Origin: an uncultured virus (IMG/VR IMGVR_UViG_2061766007_000680)
Lineage: Duplodnaviria; Heunggongvirae; Uroviricota; Caudoviricetes
Virus record (IMG/VR): IMGVR_UViG_2061766007_000680
Reading direction: 5' to 3' (one strand)
DNA: 33,617 nt
Shown one piece after another: positions 33,572 to 33,617 of this stretch; the first letter of the stretch is position 1; the number at the start of each line of letters is the position of its first letter. Made by a program: the position numbers and the translations under genes. The notes under the pieces were generated by a model. It was given only the letters and a program-made list of their open reading frames with translations, searched no databases and was not told the DNA's origin.

Positions 33572-33617
33572 AGTGTTATTTGTTTTTGATTTCTGTTGCA
33601 AAGGTACAACAAAGTTT
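33568..33617. repeat. perfect 50-bp repeat, copy 2 (runs to window end)
   Basis: Identical to 31071-31120. Confidence 0.95.

Larger units (their letters stand above)
4595..33617 (-). promoter_or_regulatory. array of 36 class-I Bacteroidota sigma70-type promoters (AAAATTTKTATA-N16-TAnnTTTG)
   Basis: 37-bp copies starting (+ strand coordinates) at 4595, 5913, 8172, 9107, 10234, 10947, 11716, 12862, 13950, 14769, 15909, 16270, 17180, 18099, 18793, 19347, 19717, 21138, 21831, 22683, 23745, 24704, 25531, 26242, 27187, 28153, 29154, 29555, 30293, 30768, 31101, 31759, 32346, 32681, 33170, 33598 (cut by window end). Matches the Bacteroidota -33 TTTG / -7 TAnnTTTG consensus with a 20-nt spacer; mostly about 20-45 nt upstream of a start codon. 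Confidence 0.92.

Noticed and set aside
4751..33589. All + strand ORFs in the track beyond 3.7 kb (e.g. 8262..8738, 9577..9975, 11073..11597, 28613..29095) and the - strand ORFs within 317-3414
   Set aside because: They are antisense shadows of better genes on the opposite strand, with hydrophobic/Ser-rich composition and no matching leaders
10055..33601. Shared N-terminal peptides such as MQQKSKTNNT and ..FAVEIKT.. in track ORFs, suggesting a common leader peptide
   Set aside because: They are translations of the repeated promoter/5'-UTR DNA; the true starts are the downstream ATGs
4595..33617. CRISPR array or integron interpretation of the repeats
   Set aside because: Repeats are degenerate, hundreds of bp apart and separated by whole genes; no cas gene or integrase in the window; class I matches a known promoter consensus

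Overview
AT-rich bacteriophage DNA, most likely from a large phage of a Bacteroidota (Prevotella/Bacteroides-type) host. No rRNA, canonical tRNA, CRISPR array, IS element, virion structural gene or replication gene was recognised. Positions 1-3573 are a short + strand gene block. From 3738 to the end, about 75 small, mostly hypothetical genes lie on the - strand. Recognisable products are a ParB-family protein, a GP88-like protein, an outer-membrane beta-barrel, a DUF3293-like protein, an S3-type KH-domain protein, a DpnD/PcfM-like protein, an ExoX-C-like protein and a possible ArfA-like peptide. The - strand region has a highly regular non-coding grammar: (i) 36 Bacteroidota sigma70-type promoters with invariant spacing, about one per 1-3 genes; (ii) 14 copies of a second promoter-like element, in either orientation, 13 of them directly behind an intrinsic terminator; (iii) 9 copies of a 22-bp palindrome, 8 at or over stop codons; (iv) a family of related terminator/3'-UTR modules. 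GATC occurs 15 times in the first 5.8 kb but only 4 times in the next 27.8 kb, as two 21-22-bp-spaced pairs attached to class-II elements. There are also hints of TAG read-through, a candidate structured ncRNA, and a gene that appears to start at ATC behind a hairpin-bridged Shine-Dalgarno sequence. The overall picture is a modular, host-RNAP-driven early/host-takeover cassette array. All counts and alignments were done by eye, family assignments come from remembered motifs rather than database searches, and there are two N gaps (11004-11047, 33311-33320). Many ORF-track starts fall inside promoters and have been moved downstream here.
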